Assembly: GCA_052108535.1 (NCBI GenBank)
Contig: JBQDZM010000003.1
Coordinates: 614 to 64,613 of the forward strand
DNA from: Galactobacter sp.
Lineage (GTDB): Bacteria; Actinomycetota; Actinomycetes; Actinomycetales; Micrococcaceae
DNA: 64,000 nt
Direction: 5' to 3'
This document shows positions 19,045 through 28,100 of this stretch, in pieces. Made by a program: the position numbers and the translations under genes. Position 1 is the stretch's first letter, and every line of letters begins with the position of its first letter. Under the pieces are notes generated by a model. That model ran no database searches. It saw only the letters and a program-made list of their open reading frames with translations, and was not told where the DNA came from.

Positions 19045-20451
19045 TCAGCCGACCACGGCCAGGTGAGCGGTGTCAGCGACGGGCGGAGCCAGCGGCCTGC
19101 GTTGACGATGTGTCGCCACGATGCTGGCAACGCGCTGGGCCGCCTCGAAGCCGGACGTGACCGCTGACTCCGTGTAGAGCGTGCCGAGAAAATCGCCGGC
19201 CAGGAAGACTCTTCCCGAACCCCGAGTCAGGGTAGGCTGCAGCTTGGCCCGACCAGGGAAGCAGTAAGGCGAGGCGACGGCCCAACGTTTGGTGTGTGCC
19301 TCCACCACGGAATCCGCGAAACCGTGGCCCAGGATGGCATCGAGATCCCGGAGATGAATGTCCTTCACTTCGTCGTCATGTTTGTCCAGCAGCGCCGCCC
19401 CGAGCCCTGCTGGGGAGAACGTCATCATCGATCCGCCCGGTTTCCGAGTGGTCTCCGCACCGCGGATGATGGAGGCCTGATTCAGCGCGATCGCGAACGA
19501 CGATTTAGGAGCGGCGATGGCGTAGAGGTCGTCCCACGGCCGGGGGCCGGTCTCGTTCGTCAGGAATGCGGTGGAGACGTGCGGGCCATACTTCACCTGC
19601 GCCAGCGCCTCCCGCAGATCGTCGGGCAGGTTCACACCCACCCGCCGGGTGACGTCTGCCGTCGTCGCCATCACCACGGTGCGCGCGTCTTCTTCGCGCT
19701 GCACACCTGACTCCGTCCAGCGGACCGTGACGTGATCACTATGCTCGACGACCTCACCCACCACCGCGCCCAATCTCACCTTGTCGCCCAAGGCGACAGC
19801 AAGGGATTCCGTGAGGGTGGACGGCCCGCCGACGATACCGCGGTTGAGGCCTTGCCCCATGCCGAGTACCAGTGAGAAGTACCCGATGCCGGCGCCTGCC
19901 GAGATCTGGTCCATGTTGCCTGCCGACCGGGTGACTGTGGTCCGGAACAGGGCGGCCGCGTCCTCCGGCAGGTCGCCGATGAAGTCCTGGAAGGTGCGGT
20001 CATTGGCGAAGTCGTAGATGCGCTGCTGACGTTTGGCGCCGGATTCACCCGGACGCACGCGAACCACCTCAACGTACCGGGCCACCTGCGTCAACAGCTT
20101 GGCGCCCGTGCGCACGGCGGCGGTCTTGGCCTTCATCGACATGGGGATGCGGAAAGGATAAGTGGCGATGTGACCTTGTTTGATGAAGGCCCCATTCATG
20201 GCCATACCCTGCAGCGAGCCGGGGATGTCGACCGCCTCGACGCCGATCTCGCCGAGCAGCTTGTCGGTGGCAGAACCGGGTCCGGAGAAGACGTGGCCGC
20301 CCCAGTTGAGCCAGTAGTCGCCCCTGCGTTCCGACGAGAGCCGACCGCCCACCCTGGTGGATGCCTCCAGCACCAGGGTGTCCCAGTGTCGCAATCTCCA
20401 ACCGGCCGAGAGCCCCGCCAATCCGGCGCCCACCACGATCATGTCGCGCAT
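19045..20451 (-). CDS. Flavin monoamine oxidase family FAD-dependent oxidoreductase
   Basis: VVGAGLAGLSA dinucleotide-binding fold, LEASTRVGGR, C-terminal VFLAGDFLGTLYTESAVTSG. Confidence 0.85.
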   Translation of the reverse strand: MRDMIVVGAGLAGLSAGWRLRHWDTLVLEASTRVGGRLSSERRGDYWLNWGGHVFSGPGSATDKLLGEIGVEAVDIPGSLQGMAMNGAFIKQGHIATYPFRIPMSMKAKTAAVRTGAKLLTQVARYVEVVRVRPGESGAKRQQRIYDFANDRTFQDFIGDLPEDAAALFRTTVTRSAGNMDQISAGAGIGYFSLVLGMGQGLNRGIVGGPSTLTESLAVALGDKVRLGAVVGEVVEHSDHVTVRWTESGVQREEDARTVVMATTADVTRRVGVNLPDDLREALAQVKYGPHVSTAFLTNETGPRPWDDLYAIAAPKSSFAIALNQASIIRGAETTRKPGGSMMTFSPAGLGAALLDKHDDEVKDIHLRDLDAILGHGFADSVVEAHTKRWAVASPYCFPGRAKLQPTLTRGSGRVFLAGDFLGTLYTESAVTSGFEAAQRVASIVATHRQRRPLAPPVADTAHLAVVG

Positions 20452-20510
20452 GATCTCCTCCTCACGTCACGTCGATGTTTGACCGGTGTGAAGAGGGCGG
20501 TTCGGGGCCC

Positions 20511-20550
20511 GTGATCACACTCGGTGAGATGACTCTAAAATGTGATCACA
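20511..20550. promoter_or_regulatory. Two GTGATCAC palindromes upstream of the oxidase-aldolase operon (candidate GntR operator)
   Basis: gtgatcac at 20511-20518 and tgtgatcaca at 20541-20550; near-copy atgtgatctcat at 21423-21434 in the gntR/ALDH divergent promoter. Confidence 0.5.
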
Positions 20551-20575
20551 GATGCGACAAGAGGTGGATCGGAAT

Positions 20576-21370
20576 TTATTCTCGGCGCCCCTCGCCCGAA
20601 ACATCCGGCCCTCCCGAAGGGCCCTGAATGTCCGCCTCCGAACGGGGAGAGACAAGTCCAAGACGCACCCGCCTGGTCGCCGCCGCGAGCGAGTCCTGGG
20701 TGGCCTGCCTGGCGGCCGCGGCATCGCCCCGTCGTGCCGCATCCAGGAGTTGCCTCTGGTAGTCCAAAAGCGGCACATATCCCACCGGAATCCCCGGGAT
20801 TTCAACGGCTGAGAGGCTCTCCTGCACCTCGAGCTCATACTCCACACCCAAGAGTTTGTAGGGCCTACACCGATGCCACAGCGTGTGGATCATCTCCATC
20901 ATCACCTCGTTGCCTGCGGCCTGATAGACGGTCTCGAGGAAGCCTTCGTCATGACGTACGTAGGCGGCGGCATCGAAAGCCTCCAAGGCCGCGGACATAG
21001 CCGCCAGCTCCCTATCCAAACGATCCAGGTCCGCCTCAGTGAGGGACGCTATCCCGATCACAGTTGCATCGGTCTCCAACAAGGTGCGCACAGCATAGAG
21101 ATCTAGGAGTTCGCGATCGTTAAACCCCTTGACCACAGCTCCCCGGTACGGTTCAGACGTCGCGAGGCCCTGTTCCTCCAACCGTCTGATGGCCTGTCTC
21201 ACCGGCATGGTGGAGATGCCCAACTCCCCCGCCAAATCGCGGATCCTGAGGCGGTAACCCACCGGAAACTCTCCGGTCACGACGGCCCGATGTAAGGCTT
21301 CGAAGGCGCGTTCGCCCGCCAATGGTCCAGGTTCCAAGGGTGTCAACGCCATGGTGAACATCCTAGACAC
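20576..21370 (-). CDS. GntR family (FCD domain) transcriptional regulator
   Basis: GEFPVGYRLRIRDLAGELGISTMPVRQAIRRLEEQGL wHTH; LYAVRTLLE and HDEGFLETVYQAAGNEVM FCD features. Confidence 0.9.
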   Translation of the reverse strand: MSRMFTMALTPLEPGPLAGERAFEALHRAVVTGEFPVGYRLRIRDLAGELGISTMPVRQAIRRLEEQGLATSEPYRGAVVKGFNDRELLDLYAVRTLLETDATVIGIASLTEADLDRLDRELAAMSAALEAFDAAAYVRHDEGFLETVYQAAGNEVMMEMIHTLWHRCRPYKLLGVEYELEVQESLSAVEIPGIPVGYVPLLDYQRQLLDAARRGDAAAARQATQDSLAAATRRVRLGLVSPRSEADIQGPSGGPDVSGEGRRE

Positions 21371-21500
21371 AGGTCAGTTTTTACCTGCCGGGTATGGACA
21401 GGGATAGGACTCCGATGGTGAGATGTGATCTCATCCAAAGAAAGTGATGCGGCCCACTCGGCACAGCCGATCACCCTCCCTGACACGAAGGAACATCCCC

Positions 21501-23003
21501 ATGGCCCAGAATCCGACCGTGACCGTGCTCCGCCCAGACAACGCCGCCGAATCGGTGCTGCCTGAGTTGCCTCCGCTGCGGCATTACGTTGGTGGGGCTT
21601 TCGTCGACTCCAGTGGTGCCTCCACGTTGGGTTTGGTGGATCCGTCGACCGGTGAGGAGTTCGCCCAGGTTCCGCAGGGGTCCGTTGCCGACGTGGATGC
21701 CGCTGTCGCGGCCGCGGTGAGTGCCCGACGTGGCTGGGGACGCACCACTCCGGGGGATCGTTCAGCAGCCTTACTGAAGATCGCTGACCTGATCGAGACC
21801 AACGCCGAGACGCTGAAAGCCTTGGAGTCCCTGGACACCGGCAAACCGTTGGCGACCTCAGATGATGACGTGGTCGGCGCCGCTGACTGCTTCCGATTCT
21901 CCGCCGGCGCCGCCCGCGCCTACACCGAGCTGGGGTCCGGGGAGTACTACCCCGGACACACCTCCGTCGTAGTACGAGAGCCGATCGGCGTGATCGGGGC
22001 CGTGGTCCCCTGGAACTACCCGCTCCTGATGGGCGTCTGGAAGATCGCACCGATCCTGGCCGCAGGCAACACCCTGGTCATCAAGCCCTCCGAACAAACC
22101 CCACTGTCCCTGTTGAAACTGATGGAGCTGATCCACGAGGCCGATGTCCTACCCGCCGGTGTGCTCAACGTGGTCTTAGGTGAGGGACCCGTGGTCGGCG
22201 AACGCCTCGCCAACCACCCGCAGGTGGACATGGTCGCGTTGACCGGTTCCGTGCGGGCCGGGTCCTCCGTCGCCGCCTCCGCCTCCGCCACGGTGAAGCG
22301 AGTCCACCTGGAATTGGGCGGTAAAGCCCCGCTGGTGATCCTGCCCGACGCCGACCTCGCCGAGGCCGCCGAGTTGATTCGTAACGCAGGGTTCTACAAC
22401 ACAGGTCAGGAATGCGGTGCAGGCACCCGCGTGCTGGTCCACGAGTCCGTGGCTGACGAGTTCACCAAGCTGCTCAAGGCCCAGGTGGAGACGTTCGTGC
22501 TCGGTGACCACCGCGCCGGTGAATCCGTGGAACTAGGCCCGCTGATCACCGAAGCCCAATACCAAAGGGTCACCGAATTCGTTGAGCGCGCCATCACTGC
22601 CGGAGCCACCCCCGTGGTCGGTGGGCAAGCATCAGACGGGGCCGGGTTCTTCTACGAACCCACCATCCTCACCAACGTGGCCGCGGACTCAGAAGCCGCG
22701 CACGAGGAGATCTTCGGTCCCGTCGTCACCATCGAAACCTTCACCACCACCGAAGAAGCCATTCAGCGCGCCAACGACGTGAAATACGGCCTCGCCGCGT
22801 CCGTGTGGACCTCCAACGCGAAAGCCGCCATGGAACTGCCCCTGCAACTGGACTTCGGCACCGTGTGGGTCAACACCCACCTCGTCCTCGCCAACGAAGT
22901 CCCCTGGGGCGGATTCAAGGGCTCCGGCTACGGCCGCGACCTCTCCATCTACGCCCTCCAGGACTACTCCCGCACCAAACACATCCAACACAACCACGCC
23001 TGA
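21501..23003 (+). CDS. NAD-dependent aldehyde dehydrogenase, aminobutyraldehyde dehydrogenase-like
   Basis: PWNYP, IKPSEQTP, LTGS, LELGGKAP, NTGQECGAG catalytic Cys, EEIFGPV, GGFKGSGYGRD. Confidence 0.92.
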   Translation: MAQNPTVTVLRPDNAAESVLPELPPLRHYVGGAFVDSSGASTLGLVDPSTGEEFAQVPQGSVADVDAAVAAAVSARRGWGRTTPGDRSAALLKIADLIETNAETLKALESLDTGKPLATSDDDVVGAADCFRFSAGAARAYTELGSGEYYPGHTSVVVREPIGVIGAVVPWNYPLLMGVWKIAPILAAGNTLVIKPSEQTPLSLLKLMELIHEADVLPAGVLNVVLGEGPVVGERLANHPQVDMVALTGSVRAGSSVAASASATVKRVHLELGGKAPLVILPDADLAEAAELIRNAGFYNTGQECGAGTRVLVHESVADEFTKLLKAQVETFVLGDHRAGESVELGPLITEAQYQRVTEFVERAITAGATPVVGGQASDGAGFFYEPTILTNVAADSEAAHEEIFGPVVTIETFTTTEEAIQRANDVKYGLAASVWTSNAKAAMELPLQLDFGTVWVNTHLVLANEVPWGGFKGSGYGRDLSIYALQDYSRTKHIQHNHA

Positions 23004-23062
23004 ACCCCATCACCTCCGAGTAAAGGTCCAAGCACGTGTTGTCCTCAGCCGCCCACGGCAAA

Positions 23063-24331
23063 TCAGCCTTGGCGCTCCGCGCGTTCCATCAGGCGGCCCG
23101 CAAGGGCCAGCCTGTCGCGCGCGGCCTGAAGCAGATCGTCGTGCCCTTCCCCGGGCATGCCTGCGATCAGGGTGAGGACCACCGCGGCGGAACGCACCCA
23201 AAGGCCACGCGGGTCGCCACCGTGGCGAGCCACGTCGGCCACCAGCGCGGGGGTGATCCAGCGCAGCAGCTTGGGAACATCGAGATAGCGGTGATCCAGG
23301 GACGGGAGGACGGCCAGGTGGGCCACGAGGCAAGCCAGGTCATCCACCCGATACCCCGGCCCCACCCCGTCCAGATCCAGGAGTCCCGAGATGTGGGAAT
23401 CATGGACAAAGATGTTGGCTTCGTAGAGGTCTCCGTGAGTCGGGACCAACGCTCCCGGATGAAAGGTCGCCAGACCCCAACGGATGCGCTGCAACAGCAA
23501 GTCGATCTCCGGGACCAAACCCGGGAACGCCGATCGCGCCGCCAGCGCATGATCCTCGATCCGGTCGCTCCAAGAATCCTTGCGCTCCAGGTTCAGGCAT
23601 TCCGCGGGCAGCCGGTCAAGAACGGAGATGAGATCCGCGGTACTCACGGGATGCATCTCCTGCGCGGCCAGCGCGGAGGCGAGGGAATGCCCCTCCGCGA
23701 CGTCGAGAGCGATAGTCCCCTCTCGCACCACGTCGGAGGGATCCGAGGCGTCGTTCGGCAATCTCAGTCTCGGCACCGGCAGCCCGGCGTTCGTGAGCAT
23801 GAGATGTCGCTGAGCCAGGTCCTCCGCGCGAGAGTGGAGCACTTTGAGGAAGAAGGCGGCCCGCGGCTGTGCCTGGTCGAGGTCGGCCACCAGCACTGCC
23901 CGCCGCAACGGGCGGTAGGCGCGCGTCCGTACCTGCGCGACGGTGCGGCCGTGCCCCCAGCGTGCCTGCACCTGCAGGGGATCCACGGCTGCGGCCAGTC
24001 CGGGCAGCCGTGGGTCGTAAGGATGCGGCCAAAGTGCCACCGTGCCGCCCGGGCCTTGGGCGAAGCGCGGCTCACATCCGGCCGGCGCTGCGGTCAGCGT
24101 CGCTGGATCAAGGGTTTCGGTGGTCAACCCGATGATCATGGGTTCGGTGGTGTCCGGCGCAGAGACCTGCAACAGCGCGGACACTCCGGCGCCCGGACGA
24201 TGCTGCACGGTCACGGCGTGCACCCCAGGAAAGCTGCCGTGCTGCCCCAGTGCGTCGGCCACCCAGGGGGACAGATCGGCGGAGGAGAGCCATGCGATCT
24301 GCGAGGCCGGGTCCCAGTTGGTCTGTGTCAC
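23063..24331 (-). CDS. APH/choline-kinase-like phosphotransferase
   Basis: FFLKV, THGDLYEANI (Brenner motif), LLDLD. Confidence 0.8.
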   Translation of the reverse strand: MTQTNWDPASQIAWLSSADLSPWVADALGQHGSFPGVHAVTVQHRPGAGVSALLQVSAPDTTEPMIIGLTTETLDPATLTAAPAGCEPRFAQGPGGTVALWPHPYDPRLPGLAAAVDPLQVQARWGHGRTVAQVRTRAYRPLRRAVLVADLDQAQPRAAFFLKVLHSRAEDLAQRHLMLTNAGLPVPRLRLPNDASDPSDVVREGTIALDVAEGHSLASALAAQEMHPVSTADLISVLDRLPAECLNLERKDSWSDRIEDHALAARSAFPGLVPEIDLLLQRIRWGLATFHPGALVPTHGDLYEANIFVHDSHISGLLDLDGVGPGYRVDDLACLVAHLAVLPSLDHRYLDVPKLLRWITPALVADVARHGGDPRGLWVRSAAVVLTLIAGMPGEGHDDLLQAARDRLALAGRLMERAERQG

Positions 24332-24462
24332 GCAGTACTACCTCCTTGTTCCAGTCAGCCTCTCACGAAGTTCGGCGCGCCGTCCGCGGTTTGGTATCGC
24401 TCTGGCGTGTCACCGGTATGCTGTAAGTCACACGCCAAGCGGTGTGACGCAGCTCTCAATTT

Positions 24463-24489
24463 GTCACGAACTTGTGACGATTACATAAC
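24463..24489. promoter_or_regulatory. 11-bp-period direct repeat GTCAC-n6-GTGAC-n6-ATAAC upstream of opuA (OmpR-family MtrA/GlnR-type box)
   Basis: gtcac-gaactt-gtgac-gattac-ataac in the AT-rich divergent promoter. Confidence 0.35.
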
Positions 24490-24736
24490 GTTTAAAACCA
24501 GCCTTCCAAAGGCCCAAGATCTACAGCAGAATAGGCGACACGCCGCTGACATATCAGTTGTTGTTCAAACAGATCCGAGTCCCTCAAGTGGACAGAACCC
24601 GAGATCCACACAACAGTGAAAGGGACACCCACCACATAACGGGTCACGAAAATCGAACTCGAAACGGTGTGAGGCGCACCAGGCAACACAGCCGGAGACA
24701 CCCACACATCATCAACGAAAGGACGGATACCGTACC

Positions 24737-26131
24737 GTGGCACAACCCAGCACCACGACGGCTCCTCCAGCCGCGTCAGGCACACACGACACGGCCCTGA
24801 GCGTTCAGGGCGTCTACAAGATCTTTGGCCCCAAACCCGGGGAAGCCCTCAAACAACTCCGAGCGGGACGTACCCGCGAGGACGTAGCAAAGCTCGGCAC
24901 GGCGGCCGTCATCGACGCCAGCTTCGACGTTGCTCGTGGCGAAATCTTTGTGGTCATGGGGCTGTCCGGTTCCGGAAAGTCCACGCTGATCCGTACCCTC
25001 AACGGCCTGTGGGACGTGACGGCCGGTTCGGTACTGATCGGCGGCGTTGACCTGGCCAAGGCCAGCAAGCACCAGCTGCGAGACGTGCGCGCCACGAAGA
25101 TCTCCATGGTCTTCCAGCACTTTGCACTCCTCCCCCACCGCACCAACCTCGAGAACGCGGCGTACCCCCTGGAAATTCAGGGCGTCCCCAAGGAAGAGCG
25201 CCAGAAGAAGGCCCGCGAGGCACTCGCTCTGGTGGGCTTGGGCGACTGGATCAACCACTACCCATCGGAGCTCTCCGGCGGTATGCAGCAGCGTGTGGGC
25301 CTGGCCCGTGCACTCGCAGCAGACACCGACATCCTGCTGATGGATGAGGCCTTCTCCGCACTGGATCCTCTGATCCGCCGCGAGATGCAGGATCAGCTCC
25401 TGGTGCTCCAGCGTCAGCTCGGCAAGACCATCGTCTTCATTACTCACGACCTGGATGAAGCCATGCGCTTGGGCGACCGAATCGCCATCATGCGCAACGG
25501 CGAAGTGGTGCAGATCGGGACCGGCGAGGAGATCCTCTCCAACCCGGCCACCGAATACGTCACCAAGTTCATCGCTGACGTGGACAAGGCCAAGGTCATC
25601 ACGGCCGGTGCCGTGGCCAGTCAGGTGATCGGTGAGATTCCAACCACCGCTGGTCCCAAGCAGGCTCGGGTCTCCATGGCCAAGAACCAGCTCTCCGCCG
25701 CCTACGTCCTGGACCGCGACCGTCGCCTGGTGGGCTACGTGGTGGATGACGAGGTCATCGAGGCGGAGCGCCGCGGTGCAGCCTCGTTGGAGGGCCTGAT
25801 CCACTCCGAAGCCTATGTGGTCACCGAGGACACCATCCTCTCCGACATCCTGGCTCCGGCCGCAGAATCTCGCCTGCCGCTGGCGGTCGTCGACTCCAAG
25901 GGTCACCTCGTGGGCGTCATCCCCAGGGCCGTGCTGCTTTCCGCCATGGTTCCTGCCGAGGCCCCGAAGACCGGTCCCATCAACCTGCCCACCGGAGCCA
26001 TCCCGATCGTTCCGCAGCTACAGGACGATGCCAAGGTCGAGGGGTCAGCCCAACACCGCGCAGACACACCGGTTGACGGGGGTCTCGACTCCGAAGCAGC
26101 TACCACCGAGACGGAAGGGGACCAGAAGTGA
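24737..26131 (+). CDS. opuAA: Glycine betaine/proline ABC transporter ATP-binding protein with CBS domains
   Basis: GLSGSGKST, LSGGMQQRVGLARAL, MDEAFSALDPLIR, C-terminal CBS pair. Confidence 0.92.
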   Translation: MAQPSTTTAPPAASGTHDTALSVQGVYKIFGPKPGEALKQLRAGRTREDVAKLGTAAVIDASFDVARGEIFVVMGLSGSGKSTLIRTLNGLWDVTAGSVLIGGVDLAKASKHQLRDVRATKISMVFQHFALLPHRTNLENAAYPLEIQGVPKEERQKKAREALALVGLGDWINHYPSELSGGMQQRVGLARALAADTDILLMDEAFSALDPLIRREMQDQLLVLQRQLGKTIVFITHDLDEAMRLGDRIAIMRNGEVVQIGTGEEILSNPATEYVTKFIADVDKAKVITAGAVASQVIGEIPTTAGPKQARVSMAKNQLSAAYVLDRDRRLVGYVVDDEVIEAERRGAASLEGLIHSEAYVVTEDTILSDILAPAAESRLPLAVVDSKGHLVGVIPRAVLLSAMVPAEAPKTGPINLPTGAIPIVPQLQDDAKVEGSAQHRADTPVDGGLDSEAATTETEGDQK

Positions 26132-26985
26132 ACGATCCCAGCAATCTCCCCCAGATTCCGCTCTCCGAGTGGGTTGATGAGGCCGCAGACTGGGTGCAGT
26201 CCGCCTGGGAGCCCTTCTTCAACTTCATCAACACGGTCATGGAGGGCGCCTACAACACCGTTGACGCCGCCTTCGTTGCAATTCCCTGGTTCGTGATGGT
26301 CCTGATCATCACCGCCGTTGCTTGGCTCGCCAAGAAGTGGATCCTGGCGATCGGCACGTTGATCGGCCAAGTGATCATCGTCTTCCTGGGATATTGGGAA
26401 GACGCCATGCACACGCTTGCGTTGGTCCTCGTGGCCACCATCATCGCGTTGGTGGTCGCGATCCCCGTCGGCATCTGGGCTGCGAAGTCCAACCGCGTCT
26501 CTGCCGTGGTCCGGCCCATCCTCGACTTCTTGCAGACCATGCCGGCCTTCGTTTACCTGATCCCGATGGTCATGTTCCTGGCAACGGGTGTGGTCCCCGG
26601 TATCGTCGCGACGATCTTCTTCTCGCTTGCTCCGGGCGTGAGAATGACCGAACTCGGAATCCGCCAAGTCGATTCCGAAGTGGTGGAGGCCGGTCAGGCC
26701 TTCGGTGCTTCCCCAGGTCGCATCCTGCGCCAGATCCAGCTCCCCCTGGCCATGCCGACCATCATGGCCGGCGTCAACCAGGTCATCATGCTGGCCCTGT
26801 CGATGGTGGTCATCGCCGGCATGGTGGGCGGCGAGGGCCTGGGCCAGGTCGTGGTCAGCGCAGTGCAGAACGTGCGCATCGGCCAAGGTGTCTCGGCCGG
26901 CCTCTGCGTGGTCATCCTGGCCATCATCCTGGACCGCATCACCGGTGGCTTCGGCTCGCGCCAGAAGCTCAAGAAGCGTCAGTAA
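26128..26985 (+). CDS. opuAB: Glycine betaine/proline ABC transporter permease
   Basis: RPILDFLQTMPAFVYLIP, EAGQAFGAS, GVNQVIMLALSMVVIA. Confidence 0.92.
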   Translation: MNDPSNLPQIPLSEWVDEAADWVQSAWEPFFNFINTVMEGAYNTVDAAFVAIPWFVMVLIITAVAWLAKKWILAIGTLIGQVIIVFLGYWEDAMHTLALVLVATIIALVVAIPVGIWAAKSNRVSAVVRPILDFLQTMPAFVYLIPMVMFLATGVVPGIVATIFFSLAPGVRMTELGIRQVDSEVVEAGQAFGASPGRILRQIQLPLAMPTIMAGVNQVIMLALSMVVIAGMVGGEGLGQVVVSAVQNVRIGQGVSAGLCVVILAIILDRITGGFGSRQKLKKRQ

Positions 26986-27090
26986 CTCCCAATCCCAACC
27001 CCTGAGACCCGGCACGGGCTCGTTGAGCCCTTGCCAAGCTAATCGGCGGTCTCCCCGAAAGACCGGGGAGGCCACATGGAAGGAAGCAAC

Positions 27091-27981
27091 ATGAGCACCA
27101 CTCGCAACGTGAAGCGCGCAGCCATCGGCGGCATGATGGTCGCAGCCCTCGCCCTGACCGCCTGTGGCGGTAGTTCCTCCGGCGGCGAAGCCGACAACGG
27201 TGACAAGAAGAAGATCACCATCGGCCTGGTGGACGGCTGGGCCGAAGGCGTGGCCGTCACCAACCTCTGGACGTCCGTCCTCGAGGACGCAGGCTACGAC
27301 GTGAAGGTCCAGAAGGCAGACGTCGGCGTGATCTACACCGGCCTGTCCAAGGGCGATATCGACGTGTACCTGGACGCTTGGCTCCCCGTGACCCACAAGG
27401 AGTACGTGGACAAGTACCAGGACAACTACGTGGAGCTGGGCACCTGGTACAAGGAAGGTGTCAACGCCCTCACGGTGAACGCCGATTCCCCCGCCCAGTC
27501 CATCGAGGATCTGAAGACCATGGGCAAGGAGTACGGCAACAAGCTCGTGGGCATCGAGGCCGGTTCCGGCCTCAACAAGCTCACCGAGGGCGCCATCAAG
27601 GAATACGGTCTGGACAACCTGGACTACGTGACCTCGTCCTCGCCGGCCATGCTCTCCGAGCTGGACGGTGCCATCAAGAAGGGGAACAACATTGCGGTGA
27701 CCCTGTGGCACCCGCACTGGGCGTACTCCAAGTACGAGTTGCGTGACCTTGAGGATCCCAAGGGCGCCATGGGTGATCCGGAGGAGATGCGGATCTTGGG
27801 TCACAAGGACTTCGAGGACGACTTCCCGGCCCTGTCCGCGCAGCTGAAGGACTTCAAGTTGGACGAGGACCAGATCAACGGCATGTTGGACAACATGAAT
27901 GCCACCGACGATGAGAAGGGCGTCGAGGACTGGATCAAGGACAACAAGGACTTCGTGGACGGCCTTGAGCCCAAGAAGTGA
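27091..27981 (+). CDS. opuAC: Glycine betaine ABC transporter substrate-binding lipoprotein
   Basis: Lipobox LTACG, GWAEG, DAWLPVTH, GIEAGSG, LWHPHW. Confidence 0.9.
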   Translation: MSTTRNVKRAAIGGMMVAALALTACGGSSSGGEADNGDKKKITIGLVDGWAEGVAVTNLWTSVLEDAGYDVKVQKADVGVIYTGLSKGDIDVYLDAWLPVTHKEYVDKYQDNYVELGTWYKEGVNALTVNADSPAQSIEDLKTMGKEYGNKLVGIEAGSGLNKLTEGAIKEYGLDNLDYVTSSSPAMLSELDGAIKKGNNIAVTLWHPHWAYSKYELRDLEDPKGAMGDPEEMRILGHKDFEDDFPALSAQLKDFKLDEDQINGMLDNMNATDDEKGVEDWIKDNKDFVDGLEPKK

Positions 27982-28038
27982 CCGACTGATCCTGACGTGA
28001 TCAGCTGATCCGCCGGGGCCATTGCCCCGAAGGATTCC

Positions 28039-28088
28039 AAGGCCCGACGGCGGTGGGCACCATGTGGTGCCCACCGCCGTCGGGCCTT
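28039..28088. terminator. 24-bp perfect inverted repeat between convergent genes (bidirectional terminator or REP-like)
   Basis: aaggcccgacggcggtgggcacca-tg-tggtgcccaccgccgtcgggcctt. Confidence 0.8.
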
Positions 28089-28100
28089 GTGTTGTCTGAG

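Noticed and set aside
19045-20451. Calling the flavoprotein protoporphyrinogen oxidase (hemY/hemG)
   Set aside because: Same fold, but no hem genes nearby and the context is catabolic; left as amine-oxidase family.
25903-28074. 723-aa minus-strand ORF
   Set aside because: Antisense to opuAA/AB/AC, which have clear motifs.
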